Assembly: GCA_963710985.1 (NCBI GenBank)
Contig: CAVQCI010000007.1
Span: forward strand, 401,240 to 465,239
DNA from: an uncultured Actinomycetes bacterium
Lineage (GTDB): Bacteria; Actinomycetota; UBA4738; HRBIN12
Direction: 5' to 3'
Length of the DNA stretch: 64,000 nt
Shown piece by piece: positions 19,909-30,275 of this stretch. Under the pieces are notes generated by a model that saw nothing but the letters and a program-made list of their open reading frames with translations, did not search any database and was not told where the DNA came from. The stretch's first letter is position 1; each line of letters starts with the position of its first letter. The position numbers were made by a program, and so were the translations under genes.

Positions 19909-21456
19909 ATGCCCGTGCCCTCCACGTCCTCCCCTCGGTTCCGACGTGCGCTCACGACGGCGGCGACCGTCGCCGCGACGGCGCTCGTCCTGGCCGCCTG
20001 CACCGGCGGCGCGCCCACGATCCAGACGTCGCCCGGAGGCGGGGCCTCCGACACCGGCGCCGGTGCCAGTTCCCCCGTGACCGGCGTCACGACGTCCTCC
20101 ACCGATCCGAGCGACGGCAAGATCAAGCACATCGTGATCGTGATGCAGGAGAACCGGTCGTTCGACCAGTACTTCGGGACGTTCCCGGGCGCCGACGGCT
20201 TCGCGCTCGGCGCCGACGGCAAGCCCAAGGTATGCGTCCCGAACCCCGACGTGCAGGCGGGGTGCACCCGTCCGTGGCTCTCGAAGGAGGACATCAGCCA
20301 GGGCGGGCCGCACACGAACGAGGCCGCGATCGCCGACGTGAACGGCGGCAGGATGGACGGCTTCATCACCGAATGGAGCAAGTCGGGCCTCTACTGCAAG
20401 AAGAACCCGACCGCGGAGGTCTGCATCCAGAACCGCACCCGCCCCGACGTGGTCTCCTACCACGACGCCTCCACGATCCCGAACTACTGGAAGTACGCGC
20501 GCGACTTCGTGCTGCAGGACCGCCTGTTCCAGCCCAACATAGGATGGAGCGAGCCCGCCCACCTGTTCACGGTGTCGGGCTGGTCCGCGGAGTGTCGCCC
20601 CCCGACCTCGGCCAGCAACTGCACGAGCTCCAACGGGTTCGTAGACGTCGACCGCGGCAAGCGCTACCAGGGGCCGGCCGACGTTAACTCCTACCAGTGG
20701 ACCGACCTCACGTACCTGCTCGCCAAGAACGACGTGTCCTGGGCGTACTACACGGGCATGGGCACCGTGAACGACTGCAACGACAGCTGCCCGAAGGACG
20801 TGGGCACGCCCGAGATCTGGAACACGCTCCCGGACTTCCAGACGGTGCACGACGACGGCCAGCTGGCCAACGTCACGACGATCGATCGCTTCTACTCGTC
20901 CGTGAAGGACGGCACGCTCCCGGCGGTCTCGTGGATCATGCCGGACATCAAGCACAGCGAGCACCCGCCGGGCAACCGGATCAGCGACGGCCAGGCCTGG
21001 GTCACGGACATCGTGAACGCGGTCGGGCGGAGCCAGCTCTGGGGCTCGACGGCGATCTTCGTGACCTGGGACGACTGGGGCGGGTTCTACGATCACGTCG
21101 TGCCGCCCAAGGTGGACGGACTGGGCTACGGCCTGCGCGTGCCCGGGATCGTGATCAGCCCCTACGCGAAGCAGGGGTACATCGATCATCAGCGGCTGAG
21201 CTTCGACGCGTACCTGAAGTTCATCGAGGACGTCTTCCTGAACGGTCAGCGGCTCGATCCCAAGACCGACGGACGCCCCGACCCCCGGCCGACGGTGCGG
21301 GAGGAGGTGCCCGGGCTCGGGGATCTCGCGAAGGACTTCGACTTCACCCAGGCGCCGGTCAAGCCCCCGATCCTCGACCCCTACCCGCTCGGGCGCCCGT
21401 CTTGCGGTGACGCCTGTGGCATCCCGACCACGAACGCCGACATCCTGCACGGCTGA
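19909..21456 (+). CDS. phospholipase C / acid phosphatase (phosphoesterase) family lipoprotein
   Basis: ATG 19909 with GAAGGAGA SD. Lipobox [31 protein letters not shown] and [12 protein letters not shown]. Trimmed from a 1033-aa artefact ORF. Confidence 0.8.
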   Translation: MPVPSTSSPRFRRALTTAATVAATALVLAACTGGAPTIQTSPGGGASDTGAGASSPVTGVTTSSTDPSDGKIKHIVIVMQENRSFDQYFGTFPGADGFALGADGKPKVCVPNPDVQAGCTRPWLSKEDISQGGPHTNEAAIADVNGGRMDGFITEWSKSGLYCKKNPTAEVCIQNRTRPDVVSYHDASTIPNYWKYARDFVLQDRLFQPNIGWSEPAHLFTVSGWSAECRPPTSASNCTSSNGFVDVDRGKRYQGPADVNSYQWTDLTYLLAKNDVSWAYYTGMGTVNDCNDSCPKDVGTPEIWNTLPDFQTVHDDGQLANVTTIDRFYSSVKDGTLPAVSWIMPDIKHSEHPPGNRISDGQAWVTDIVNAVGRSQLWGSTAIFVTWDDWGGFYDHVVPPKVDGLGYGLRVPGIVISPYAKQGYIDHQRLSFDAYLKFIEDVFLNGQRLDPKTDGRPDPRPTVREEVPGLGDLAKDFDFTQAPVKPPILDPYPLGRPSCGDACGIPTTNADILHG

Positions 21457-21479
21457 GCCGGTCGGCCCACGCGCCTCGA

Positions 21480-22889
21480 TCAGGAGTCGAACCCGAGCCC
21501 GGCCGCGTCCAGCGCCCGGAGCCACGGGCCGCGACGTCCCCGCCGCCGGTCGGCCCGCGCGAGCGCCCGGACCGTGACCGCGATCCCGGCGCTGCGAAGC
21601 GGTTCGGGCGGGAACGGCAGGGGCTTGCGGCGCACCAGCTCCAGCCGGGTGCGGGGCGTGTTCATCCCGTCGACGAGCTCGAGCGCCACCCGCGCGCCGA
21701 ACCGCGTCGCGCCCACCCCCATCCCGGTGTAGCCGGCCGCGTAGGCGAGCGCCCCGTCGAACGCGCGGCCGAAGAACACGCTGAACCGGCTGCACGTGTC
21801 GATCACGCCCGCCCAGCGATGGGAGAAGCAGAGCCCCTCCAGCTGCGGGAAGGTCTCGAAGAAGTGCGTTGAGAGCGCGTCGAACGTGGCCGGGCGGTCC
21901 TCGAACGCGGGATCGACGCCGTTGCGCCAGTGGTAGACGGCGTCGAACCCTCCCCACAGGATCCGGCCGTCCTCCGTGCGGCGGTAGTAGTGGAACCGGT
22001 TCGCCATGTCGGCCAGGCCCTGGCGCCGGTCCCAGCCGACGGCGTCCCACTGCGCCGCGGACAGCGGTTCGGTGACCAGCACGTGGTCGTAGACGGGCAC
22101 GACGTAGCGGCCGATCTCGCGGAGCAGCGGCGGGTAGCCGTTCGTCCCGAGGATCGCCCGGCGGGCGCGGACCGGACCGCGAGGTGTCGTCAACCGGATC
22201 GCCGCGCCGTCGCGCGCGAGCGCCGTGACCGGGGTCCGCTCGTGGATCCGCACGCCCAGCGCGAGGGCCGCGCCACGGAGTCCCCACGCGAGCCGCGCCG
22301 GGTCGAGCATCGCGCAGCCGGACCGGTCCCACGCCCCCGCGAGGTAGGTCGGCGAGTCCGCCTCGGCCCGGACCTCGTCACGGTCCAGGAACAGCGCGTC
22401 GTAGCCGAACCTGCGGAGTTCCTCCACCGCCTCGCGCGCCCAAACGACCTCGTGGGGCTCGCGCGCCACGGCCAGCTCGCCCGACTCCGTCCAGTCGCAC
22501 GCGATCGCGTAGCGCTTGACCGTGTCGCGCAGCCCCTCGAAGTTGACGGCGGCCTCGGCCTCGATCGCCGACAGCTCCCGCGGGAACCGGTGCAAGCCGT
22601 TCGCGATCCCGTGCGTGAGCGTGCGCATGCAGAAGCCTCCGTTGCGTCCGCTGCCGCCGAACGCGACGGTCTCGGCCTCCAGCAGGACCACGTCGCGGCC
22701 GGGATCGTCCTCCTTGGCCTGCAGCGCCGCCCACAGACCGGTGAACCCGCCCCCGACGATCGCGAGGTCGGCCTCGGCGGGGCCGTCCAGCGGTGGCTGG
22801 GCCTCCGGCGCGTCGGGACTGTCCAGCCAGAAGACCGAGCGTTCGGCCTCGCGCCAGGCGCGACGCGCGGTCGCCGTGTCCACGCTCAT
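21480..22889 (-). CDS. FAD-dependent oxidoreductase (DAO family)
   Basis: 469 aa. Dinucleotide fold DLAIVGGGFTGLWAAL, then GGSGRNGGFC. Confidence 0.8.
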   Translation of the reverse strand: MSVDTATARRAWREAERSVFWLDSPDAPEAQPPLDGPAEADLAIVGGGFTGLWAALQAKEDDPGRDVVLLEAETVAFGGSGRNGGFCMRTLTHGIANGLHRFPRELSAIEAEAAVNFEGLRDTVKRYAIACDWTESGELAVAREPHEVVWAREAVEELRRFGYDALFLDRDEVRAEADSPTYLAGAWDRSGCAMLDPARLAWGLRGAALALGVRIHERTPVTALARDGAAIRLTTPRGPVRARRAILGTNGYPPLLREIGRYVVPVYDHVLVTEPLSAAQWDAVGWDRRQGLADMANRFHYYRRTEDGRILWGGFDAVYHWRNGVDPAFEDRPATFDALSTHFFETFPQLEGLCFSHRWAGVIDTCSRFSVFFGRAFDGALAYAAGYTGMGVGATRFGARVALELVDGMNTPRTRLELVRRKPLPFPPEPLRSAGIAVTVRALARADRRRGRRGPWLRALDAAGLGFDS

Positions 22890-22898
22890 CCGCCGAGG

Positions 22899-23546
22899 CT
22901 ACCGGCCGGCCGGCTCGGGGGACGGGAAGACGGCGACCGACCAGACCGCGAGCGCGGCGGCCTGCAGCACGTGCCACACGGCGTGCCACTGGAGCACGGA
23001 GTCCGGACGGCACCAGGGTGAGCCGTCCTTGCCGATCCAGAACACCGCGGCTCCCAGCGCGAAGAGCGTCGCGGCCACGACCCAGGGACGCGTCCGGTGG
23101 AGGTCTCGTCGAAGGCACGTCAGCTCGGCGAGTCCGAACGCGACGCCGAGGACCGCGTAGAGCGGCCGCTGCGCGTCGGGCCAGGCCGCGAAGGTCACAC
23201 TCGCCAGGGCGATCACGACGGCGGCCCCGCCGAGCGCGACCCGCCGCCCGGCGCCCAGGAGCTCGGCGTCGACCGCCACCGACAGCGCCAGCCCCGCGGC
23301 GATCGCGACGTCGTGCGCCCACTGGCCCCACGGCGGGTGCGGTCCGTGGAGCACGACGCTCCCCACCCCGACGAGCCCCACCGCGACCCCGAACAGCGCG
23401 GCCTCCAGGCCCATCGACGGCGCGCGCCGCGCTCGCCACACGATCCACGCGCCCGCCACGACCAGAGCGAGGCTCGACAAGGCGTTGGAAGGCTGCCCGA
23501 GGAACCCCGCGCGCGCCGCCTCGCAGTCGCCGGTCCCGGCGCTCAC
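22899..23546 (-). CDS. hypothetical polytopic membrane protein
   Basis: 215 aa, GTG start, 6-7 hydrophobic helices with several conserved-looking His residues. Family uncertain. Confidence 0.45.
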   Translation of the reverse strand: MSAGTGDCEAARAGFLGQPSNALSSLALVVAGAWIVWRARRAPSMGLEAALFGVAVGLVGVGSVVLHGPHPPWGQWAHDVAIAAGLALSVAVDAELLGAGRRVALGGAAVVIALASVTFAAWPDAQRPLYAVLGVAFGLAELTCLRRDLHRTRPWVVAATLFALGAAVFWIGKDGSPWCRPDSVLQWHAVWHVLQAAALAVWSVAVFPSPEPAGR

Positions 23547-23559
23547 GGCCGCTCTGCGG

Positions 23560-24942
23560 TCACCCTTCGACCGGATCGAGCCGAGCGAGCGTCGACGAGC
23601 CGAGCATCACCGACCGCACCCGGCCGTCGGCGCGACGGACGAACGAACACGGCTCGCCCGACTCTCGCACGCCCGGCTCGACGATGAACGTGTCCGGCGC
23701 CTCGGTCGGCGCCAGCGTCGGACGCCAGGCGGGTTCGTCCGGGTCGAGGAACGTGAGCTTCCCGTCACGCCACTCGAGCCGCGCGACGAGGCCGAACTCG
23801 GGATCGGCGTACAGGCCCAGGAGCGAGCGGTAGGCCTCCGGCAGCGGGACGGGCGGCGCGATCGCCGGCACGGCCTCGCGCACGGCGGTCCGCGCGATCG
23901 CGCCCAGCTCCGACGCGAGCGCCGAGGCATCCCCCAGCCCGTTCACGAGCGCGATCGCCCCGACACGCTCCTTCGGGTCGAAGCAGACGTTCGTGATGAA
24001 GCCGTGCAGCCCGCCGGAGTGTTGGATCCAGATGACGTCGTCCTTGCGCCGCGCGTACCAGCCGATGCACCAGGCCTCGGTCCATGCCTCGTCGCCGAGG
24101 TAGCGCGGCCTGTGCATCTCGCGGAGCGTCGGCCCGGCGAGGACCTGCGCGCCGTCGCGGGGTCCGCCGTCCTCGCGGAACTGGAACGCGAGCCAGCGGG
24201 CCAGGTCGGCGACGCAGGACCACAGCCCGCCTTCAGCCCGCACCGAAGGGGCCTGGACCGACGCGACGAAGTCGTCGCTGAACGCCCGCGGCGCGTAGCC
24301 GAGGGCACGCCGGTCGGCCAGCGCGTCGGTGAGCGGCTCGAACACCGTCGATCCGAGCTCGAGGGGATCCAGGACGTTCGCCCGCAGATAGGCTTCGTAC
24401 GTCACGCCGGACACACGGGCCACGACCTCGCCCAGGAGCTGGTAGGCGAGGTTCGAGTACTTCTGCTGCGTGTTGGGCGGGACGCGGGTCCCGATCTCGG
24501 CGATCCGCGCCAGGTTCGCGGCCGCGTCGCCCTCGTAGAGCGGGGCCGACCAGTCGGTGCCGGGCGGGTCGCCCATCAGGCCGGACTCGTGCGACAGCAT
24601 CCGGCGCAGGGTGACGGTCTCGATCGCCCCGAACGCGCTCTCGGCGCCGCGGAGCTCCGGCAGGTAGGCGACCGCCGGATCGTCGAGGTGCAGGCGCCCC
24701 TCGTCGCGGAGCTGCATGATCGCCGTGGCGGTGAACGTCTTCGTGATCGAGGCGATCCGGTACAGGGTCCCGGCGTCGGGAGGCCGCGCCGCGGCGACGT
24801 CGGCGAAGCCGGCGCCCGCGGACCACACGAGCTCCTCGCCGTGGACGACGCCGGCCGCCACGCCGGGCAGCCGCTGCTCCTTCGCGAAGGCGGCGGTACG
24901 GGCCTCGAGCTTCGACGCGACGTCCGCCACGGGACTCGCCAC
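23560..24942 (-). CDS. serine hydrolase (beta-lactamase / PBP family)
   Basis: S-x-x-K motif ASITKTF and Y-x-N motif YSNLAY. GTG 24942 lies 2 nt after the upstream stop. The ORF-track start at 25011 would overlap the epimerase gene. Confidence 0.8.
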   Translation of the reverse strand: MASPVADVASKLEARTAAFAKEQRLPGVAAGVVHGEELVWSAGAGFADVAAARPPDAGTLYRIASITKTFTATAIMQLRDEGRLHLDDPAVAYLPELRGAESAFGAIETVTLRRMLSHESGLMGDPPGTDWSAPLYEGDAAANLARIAEIGTRVPPNTQQKYSNLAYQLLGEVVARVSGVTYEAYLRANVLDPLELGSTVFEPLTDALADRRALGYAPRAFSDDFVASVQAPSVRAEGGLWSCVADLARWLAFQFREDGGPRDGAQVLAGPTLREMHRPRYLGDEAWTEAWCIGWYARRKDDVIWIQHSGGLHGFITNVCFDPKERVGAIALVNGLGDASALASELGAIARTAVREAVPAIAPPVPLPEAYRSLLGLYADPEFGLVARLEWRDGKLTFLDPDEPAWRPTLAPTEAPDTFIVEPGVRESGEPCSFVRRADGRVRSVMLGSSTLARLDPVEG

Positions 24943-24944
24943 GT

Positions 24945-25889
24945 TCAGACCCCCTTGAGGTACGCGACGGTCTCCGCCAGACCGTCCTCGAGATGGGTCC
25001 ACGGCTTCCACGCGATCGCCGAGGCCGCGGAGGAGATGTCGAGGGCGCTTCGGCGGAGCTCACCCTGCGGGAGCGGCCCGTGCTCGGGCGCCTTGTCGAA
25101 CCCGATGATGTCGGCGAGCAGCCGGTAGATCCCGTTGACGCTCGTCTCCAGGGCGGTGCCGACGTTCACGACCTTGCCCGAGCCGCGGTCCATCGCCTGG
25201 ACGAACGCGTGCACGACGTCGTCGACGAACACGTAGTCGCGCGTCTGGTTGCCGTCGCCGAAGATCGTCGGGATCTCACCGGCGAGCATCTTCGAGGCGA
25301 ACACCGCGATCACGCCGGCCTCGCCGTGCGGGTCCTGGCGAGGACCGTAGACGTTGGCGAGGGCGCACGCGGTGAAGTCCAGCCCGTGGTACCGGTGGAA
25401 GAACGCGAGGTAGTCCAGGACGACCTTCTTCGAGATGCCGTAAGGACTCATGGGGTAGGAGCCCTGAGCGGCGGACTCCTTCACCGGCAGCCGGCGCGGC
25501 TCCCCGTACAGCGTGCCCCCGCTCGCCGCGTAGACGACCTTGCGCGCCTCGACCTTCGCCGCGCACCGCAGCACGTTCAGCGTGCCCATGATGTTGACGC
25601 TCGCGTCGTGGATCGGGTCGGCGAGCGACGGACGGACGCCTGCCTGCGCGGCGAGGTGGAACACGACCTCCGGCCGGTGCCGCTCGAACAGGGGCAGCAG
25701 CCCTTCGGCGCGCACGTCCATGTTGAAGAACGTGTAGGCCTTGCCGTACGCGCGCGCCTCGGCGAGGTTCGCGATCCGTCCGCTCGACAGGTCGTCGACC
25801 GCGATCACGCGATAGTCCTCGGCCAGGAGTCGATCGGCCAGGTTCGAGCCGATGAACCCGGCGCCCCCGGTCACCAGGACGGTCGTCAC
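24945..25889 (-). CDS. NAD-dependent epimerase/dehydratase (GalE-like SDR)
   Basis: GTG 25889 overlaps the tsaD stop (GTGA). VLVTGGAGFIGSNL and YGISKKV (YxxxK). Confidence 0.85.
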   Translation of the reverse strand: MTTVLVTGGAGFIGSNLADRLLAEDYRVIAVDDLSSGRIANLAEARAYGKAYTFFNMDVRAEGLLPLFERHRPEVVFHLAAQAGVRPSLADPIHDASVNIMGTLNVLRCAAKVEARKVVYAASGGTLYGEPRRLPVKESAAQGSYPMSPYGISKKVVLDYLAFFHRYHGLDFTACALANVYGPRQDPHGEAGVIAVFASKMLAGEIPTIFGDGNQTRDYVFVDDVVHAFVQAMDRGSGKVVNVGTALETSVNGIYRLLADIIGFDKAPEHGPLPQGELRRSALDISSAASAIAWKPWTHLEDGLAETVAYLKGV

Positions 25890-26893
25890 GGCGCCAACCT
25901 TAGGTTCGGGTCCGCGGCGATGTCCAGCGACGTGCGTTCGCCCGACGCGAGCTTGGCGGCGCCCAAGCACGCGATCATCGCGCCGTTGTCGGTGCACAAC
26001 GGAAGCGACGGATACAGCACGCGCAGACCCGCCGCCTCCCCGTCGCTCCGCAGGCGATCCCGCAGCCGTGTGTTCGCGACGACCCCGCCGCCGAGTAGCA
26101 CCGTGTCGACCCCGGTGGCCCGCGCGGCCGCGATGGTCTTGGTCACCTGCACGTCGACGATCGCCTCCTGGAAGCTCGCCGCCAGGTCGGGCAGCACGAT
26201 GTCGCGTCCGGCCGCCCGCTCCGCCTTCACGTACCGCAACACGGCGGTCTTCAACCCGCTCATCGAGAAGTCGAGGTCGCCCGAGTCCTGCATCGCGCGT
26301 GGGAAGCGGATCGCGTCCGGGTCGCCGTCGGCCGCCGTCGCGTCGATCGCGGGGCCGCCGGGGAACCCGAGGCCGAGCAGCCGGGCAACCTTGTCGAACG
26401 CTTCCCCCGCAGCGTCGTCGAGGGTCTGGCCGAGCACCACGTGGTGGTGCAGCGACGGGACGTGGACCAGCATCGTGTGGCCCCCGGAGACGATCAGCGC
26501 CACGTAGGGTGGCGCGGGCGGGCCGTGCTCGAGGAAGTTCGCCCAGTAGTGGCCCTCGAGGTGGTTCACGCCGATCAACGGGGTGCCGGTCGCGAGGGAG
26601 AGCGCCTTGGCCGCCGCCATCCCCACCAGCAAGGCCCCGACGAGCCCCGGGCCCACGGTCACGGCGATCCCGTCGAGGTCGCGCACACCGACGTCCGCCA
26701 CGGCGAGCGCCTCCTCCAGGAGCGGGTTGAGGTTCTCGACGTGGGCCCGTGCCGCGACCTCCGGGACCACCCCGCCGTAGCGCTCGTGCAGGTGGACCTG
26801 GGCCGCGATCAGGTTGGAGCGGACCCTGAAGCCGTCCTCGACCACGGCGATCGCGGTCTCGTCGCAGGACGTCTCGATGCCGAGGGTGATCAC
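25886..26893 (-). CDS. tsaD: tRNA N6-adenosine threonylcarbamoyltransferase TsaD
   Basis: GTG 26893 overlaps the rimI stop (GTGA). VITLGIETSCDETAIAVV..., SGGHT, and a C-terminus typical of Kae1/TsaD. Confidence 0.93.
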   Translation of the reverse strand: MITLGIETSCDETAIAVVEDGFRVRSNLIAAQVHLHERYGGVVPEVAARAHVENLNPLLEEALAVADVGVRDLDGIAVTVGPGLVGALLVGMAAAKALSLATGTPLIGVNHLEGHYWANFLEHGPPAPPYVALIVSGGHTMLVHVPSLHHHVVLGQTLDDAAGEAFDKVARLLGLGFPGGPAIDATAADGDPDAIRFPRAMQDSGDLDFSMSGLKTAVLRYVKAERAAGRDIVLPDLAASFQEAIVDVQVTKTIAAARATGVDTVLLGGGVVANTRLRDRLRSDGEAAGLRVLYPSLPLCTDNGAMIACLGAAKLASGERTSLDIAADPNLRLAP

Positions 26894-27441
26894 GAGGGGC
26901 GCACGCCCTCCGGCAGGTCGGTCGCGAGCTCGCCGAGGCGCATGCGGAAGGCGTCGGTACGGATGTCGTCGGTCCACATGATCAGCGCGTCCTCGCGGAG
27001 CTCCGCGTAGTAGTTGCGCCGGACGCCGATCGGGTGGAAACCGAACCGCGCGTAGAGGCGCTGGGCGCGCCAGTTCGTCACGCGGACCTCCAGGGAGAGC
27101 GCGCGGGCGCCCATCGCGGTGGCCGCGATCAGCTGCTCGAACAGCAGACGGTGCGCGATCCCGTGCCCCTGCAGCATCGGGTCGACCGCGATGTTCGTGA
27201 TATGGGCCTCGTCGCCGTAACAGATCAGGCCGCAGTAGCCGACGACGTCCTTATCGATCCGCGCGACGAGGTAGTTGCGGTTGTTCGGCTCGGTCATCTC
27301 CGCGACGAACAGGTTCGGGCTCCACGGGCGTGCGTAGGCCTGCCGCTCGATCGCCATCACGCCGCGCAGGTGCCGCCGGCGCATGCGGGTGATCTCGAGC
27401 CTAGGCGCCCCGAGCTCGTGTATCCCACGCGATCTCAGCAT
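26890..27441 (-). CDS. rimI: ribosomal-protein-alanine N-acetyltransferase RimI
   Basis: GNAT fold (NIAVDPMLQGHGIAHRLL, RLYARFGF) in the conserved tsaB-rimI-tsaD position. Its start overlaps tsaB by 41 nt. Confidence 0.8.
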   Translation of the reverse strand: MLRSRGIHELGAPRLEITRMRRRHLRGVMAIERQAYARPWSPNLFVAEMTEPNNRNYLVARIDKDVVGYCGLICYGDEAHITNIAVDPMLQGHGIAHRLLFEQLIAATAMGARALSLEVRVTNWRAQRLYARFGFHPIGVRRNYYAELREDALIMWTDDIRTDAFRMRLGELATDLPEGVRPS

Positions 27442-28102
27442 CCGACTTCCTCAGGTAGAGCGGCACGACGTCGTACAGACGGTCGTGCTCCTCGCGCAGC
27501 AGGCGCGGCACCGCCAGCTCGACCAGCGCCGCGGCGTCCGGATGGGCGACCGCGGGCGAGGCGAACACGATCCGCGCGCCCGCCGCCTGGAGCACGTCCC
27601 GGTACAGGATGGCACCATCCCCGACCGCGAGCATCTCCCCCGGCCACGTCTCGAGCTGCGCCACCAGGTGGTCCGCCGTCTGCACCGCGAACGGCGTGTG
27701 GCGCATCACGCCCCCGGGCACCGGCTTGTAGATCGCGCTGAACACCTCGCCGCGTCGGCCGTCGATCACGGCGACGATCGTGCGGTGCGTGTAGCGCACG
27801 GCGTAGGCGAGCGCGTCGAGGCTGGTGATGCCGAGGATCGGCGCGAGCGTCACCTGCGCGAGGGTCTTCGCGGTCTCGACCCCGACGCGCAGGCCCGTGA
27901 ACAGACCGGGTCCGATCCCCACCGCGAACCCGCCCACCTGGTCGAGGTCGACCCCGGACCAGCGCAGCAGCTGCTCGAGCGCCGGTGTCACGGACTCCTG
28001 CCTGGCTTTGCCGACGACCTGGATCCGCCCGAGGATCTCGTGCTCGGTGCCGATCGCGACCGAGGTCTGCGGCGTCGACGTATCGATCGCGACGACGATC
28101 AC
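27401..28102 (-). CDS. tsaB: tRNA threonylcarbamoyladenosine biosynthesis protein TsaB
   Basis: GTG 28102 overlaps the tsaE stop (GTGA). [17 protein letters not shown]..., [13 protein letters not shown]. Confidence 0.85.
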   Translation of the reverse strand: MIVVAIDTSTPQTSVAIGTEHEILGRIQVVGKARQESVTPALEQLLRWSGVDLDQVGGFAVGIGPGLFTGLRVGVETAKTLAQVTLAPILGITSLDALAYAVRYTHRTIVAVIDGRRGEVFSAIYKPVPGGVMRHTPFAVQTADHLVAQLETWPGEMLAVGDGAILYRDVLQAAGARIVFASPAVAHPDAAALVELAVPRLLREEHDRLYDVVPLYLRKSDAEIAWDTRARGA

Positions 28103-28596
28103 GGCGCCCTCCACGGGGCGAGCGCGTCGGCGAGCGCGCGCGCCCGCTCCTCCCAAGCCGGGCCGACGGTGGTCACGACGATCCGGCGCGCCTCGATCGC
28201 ACCCGTCGGGTCCTCCGAGGTCAGCTCGACGCGCACCCGGTCGGGCGCCAGGAGCTCCTCGACCGCGTCGCCCCACTCGACCACCAGGACCGCGCGTCCG
28301 TCCTCGAGCTCGTCGAGCGCGAGGTCCACCACGTCCTGCTGGCGCTCCAGCCGGTACACGTCCACGTGCGCGACCGGCAGCCGACCGCTCACGTACTCCC
28401 GGACCAGCGTGAAAGTGGGCGACGCGACGTGCTCGTCGGCGCCGAGCCCCGCCGCCAACCCCTGCACGAACGTCGTCTTGCCCGCCCCCAGCTCCCCCGT
28501 CAACACCACCACGTCGCGCTCGCGGAGCAGCGGCGCCAGGGCCGCCCCCACCCCGCGCGTGTCGTCGGCCGTCGCCGCCCGCAACACGGCTCCCAT
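28099..28596 (-). CDS. tsaE: tRNA threonylcarbamoyladenosine biosynthesis ATPase TsaE
   Basis: 165 aa from ATG 28596. P-loop [17 protein letters not shown] and HVDVYRL. Confidence 0.85.
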   Translation of the reverse strand: MGAVLRAATADDTRGVGAALAPLLRERDVVVLTGELGAGKTTFVQGLAAGLGADEHVASPTFTLVREYVSGRLPVAHVDVYRLERQQDVVDLALDELEDGRAVLVVEWGDAVEELLAPDRVRVELTSEDPTGAIEARRIVVTTVGPAWEERARALADALAPWRAP

Positions 28597-29241
28597 CAGA
28601 ACAGCTCCAACTGGTCGGGGTCCACCGCGATCGGCTCCGCCGCAGCCCCCGGGGCAGGCGGCGCCGGTGGGTTCGCCACCTCGTCGAGCGTCGCGCGCAC
28701 GAGTCCGAAGTCCTCGCGCAGCTCGCCGAACTGCCTCGACTTCTCGCCGCCGCCGTGCAGGATCGCCGCGGGGTGGAACGTCGGGATCACGCTGCGCCCG
28801 TGCCAGTCGTACACGTGCCCGCGCATGCTCGTGATGCCCCGCGGGGTCTGCAGCACGAACTTCGTGGCGAAGTTCCCGAGCGTGACGATCACGCGCCGGC
28901 TGGATCAGGGACACTTGCTCGACGAGCCAGGGCGTGCAGGCCTCGATCTCGTCGGGGAGTGGATCGCGGTTCCCCGGGGGCCTGCATTTCAAGATGTTTG
29001 CGATGTAGACGTCCTCGCGCTTGAGGCCGATCTCGCCGAGCATCCGCGTGAGCAGCTGTCCGGCGGCGCCCACGAAGGGCTCGCCCTGGCGGTCCTCGTG
29101 GAAGCCCGGCGCCTCCCCGATGAACAGCAGGTCGGCGTCCGGATCGCCGACGCCGAACACGACCTGGGTCCGCGTCGCCGCGAGCCCGCACCTCGTGCAG
29201 CCCGCGGCCTCGCGCGCGGCCTCCGCGAGCGGGCGGGTCAT
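28596..29241 (-). pseudogene. udg: uracil-DNA glycosylase family 4, reading frame broken by one extra base
   Basis: The N-terminal part ([20 protein letters not shown]...FIGEAPG...[12 protein letters not shown]...LIQPA) and C-terminal part ([12 protein letters not shown]...[11 protein letters not shown]) are in different frames. The junction is near 28893. Length is 646 nt (3n+1). Confidence 0.8.
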
Positions 29242-30275
29242 GCGGCGCCCTTCCCTCCGCGTCTTGGCCGGCCGAGCCCGAACACCGACCGCGCGAACCC
29301 CGCCACGGCCTCGCTCACCGCCTCGGGCCGCTCGAGCATCGGGATGTGGCCGGCGCCCTCGATCAGGGTGAGCCTGCCCTCGGGCAGCGCCGCCGCCAGC
29401 TCGACCGCCGCGGCCGGCGGCGTGACGCGATCGTGCTCGCCGACGATCACCAGCGAGGGCACGCGGATCCGCGGCACCGCGTGGCGCAGATCCATCTCCA
29501 TCAGGTTGGGCAGCGCCTCGGTCCACACCTCCGAGGCCGTGCGTTGCGCGAGCGTCACGACGTGGTCCACGACGCGCGAGGGGGCGTCCGGGCCGAACTG
29601 CGTCACGCGCGCGACGACGCCGCTCACGTCGACCGGGCTCGCCATCAACGCCTTGCGCAGCCGGTTCACCCGTTCGGCCGCAGAGGACAGGCTGCCCAGA
29701 CGCGGCCGTAGCAACTCGGTCACCGACCCCATCGCGCCTTGCAGGAGGTCGGAGGAGGCCGCGCCCATCAGCACGACACCGGCGATCGGACCGCCGAACA
29801 GCTCGGGGCGTTGCTCCGCGAGCGCGAGGATCGCCATCGCGCCCATCGAATGCCCGACGACCACGGCCGGCCGCTCCCCGGCCACCGCGGCGAGCACGGC
29901 CCCGAGGTCGCGACCCATCGCGCGGATCGTGAGATCGCCGCCGGCGGCGCGCCCGCTCGCGCCGTGCGAGCGATGGTCGAACGCCACGACCCGCAGGTCG
30001 CCCACGAGCGCGGGCCACAGGTCGCACCACACCGACATGTCGAGGCTGAAGCCGTGCGAGAGCAGCACGACCGGGGCATCGGGATGTCCCGCCCCGCGCA
30101 CCGCGAGCTCGGTCCCGTCGAACGAGACAACGGTGCCGAGGTCGTCGGGCGGGACCGCGCCGATCGGCTCCCCGGCCCCCTGATGCCACCGTCGCGCCAC
30201 GGTGCGCCCGAGCACCCCCGCGGTGACGGCGCCGGCCGCGATCCCGGCAGACAGGAGCGCGGTGCGTCGCTTCAC
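29238..30275 (-). CDS. alpha/beta hydrolase
   Basis: GTG 30275 overlaps the alr stop (GTGA). N-terminal anchor helix, HGF, nucleophile elbow VVGHSMGA, and C-terminal GAGHIPMLE. Confidence 0.8.
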   Translation of the reverse strand: MKRRTALLSAGIAAGAVTAGVLGRTVARRWHQGAGEPIGAVPPDDLGTVVSFDGTELAVRGAGHPDAPVVLLSHGFSLDMSVWCDLWPALVGDLRVVAFDHRSHGASGRAAGGDLTIRAMGRDLGAVLAAVAGERPAVVVGHSMGAMAILALAEQRPELFGGPIAGVVLMGAASSDLLQGAMGSVTELLRPRLGSLSSAAERVNRLRKALMASPVDVSGVVARVTQFGPDAPSRVVDHVVTLAQRTASEVWTEALPNLMEMDLRHAVPRIRVPSLVIVGEHDRVTPPAAAVELAAALPEGRLTLIEGAGHIPMLERPEAVSEAVAGFARSVFGLGRPRRGGKGAA

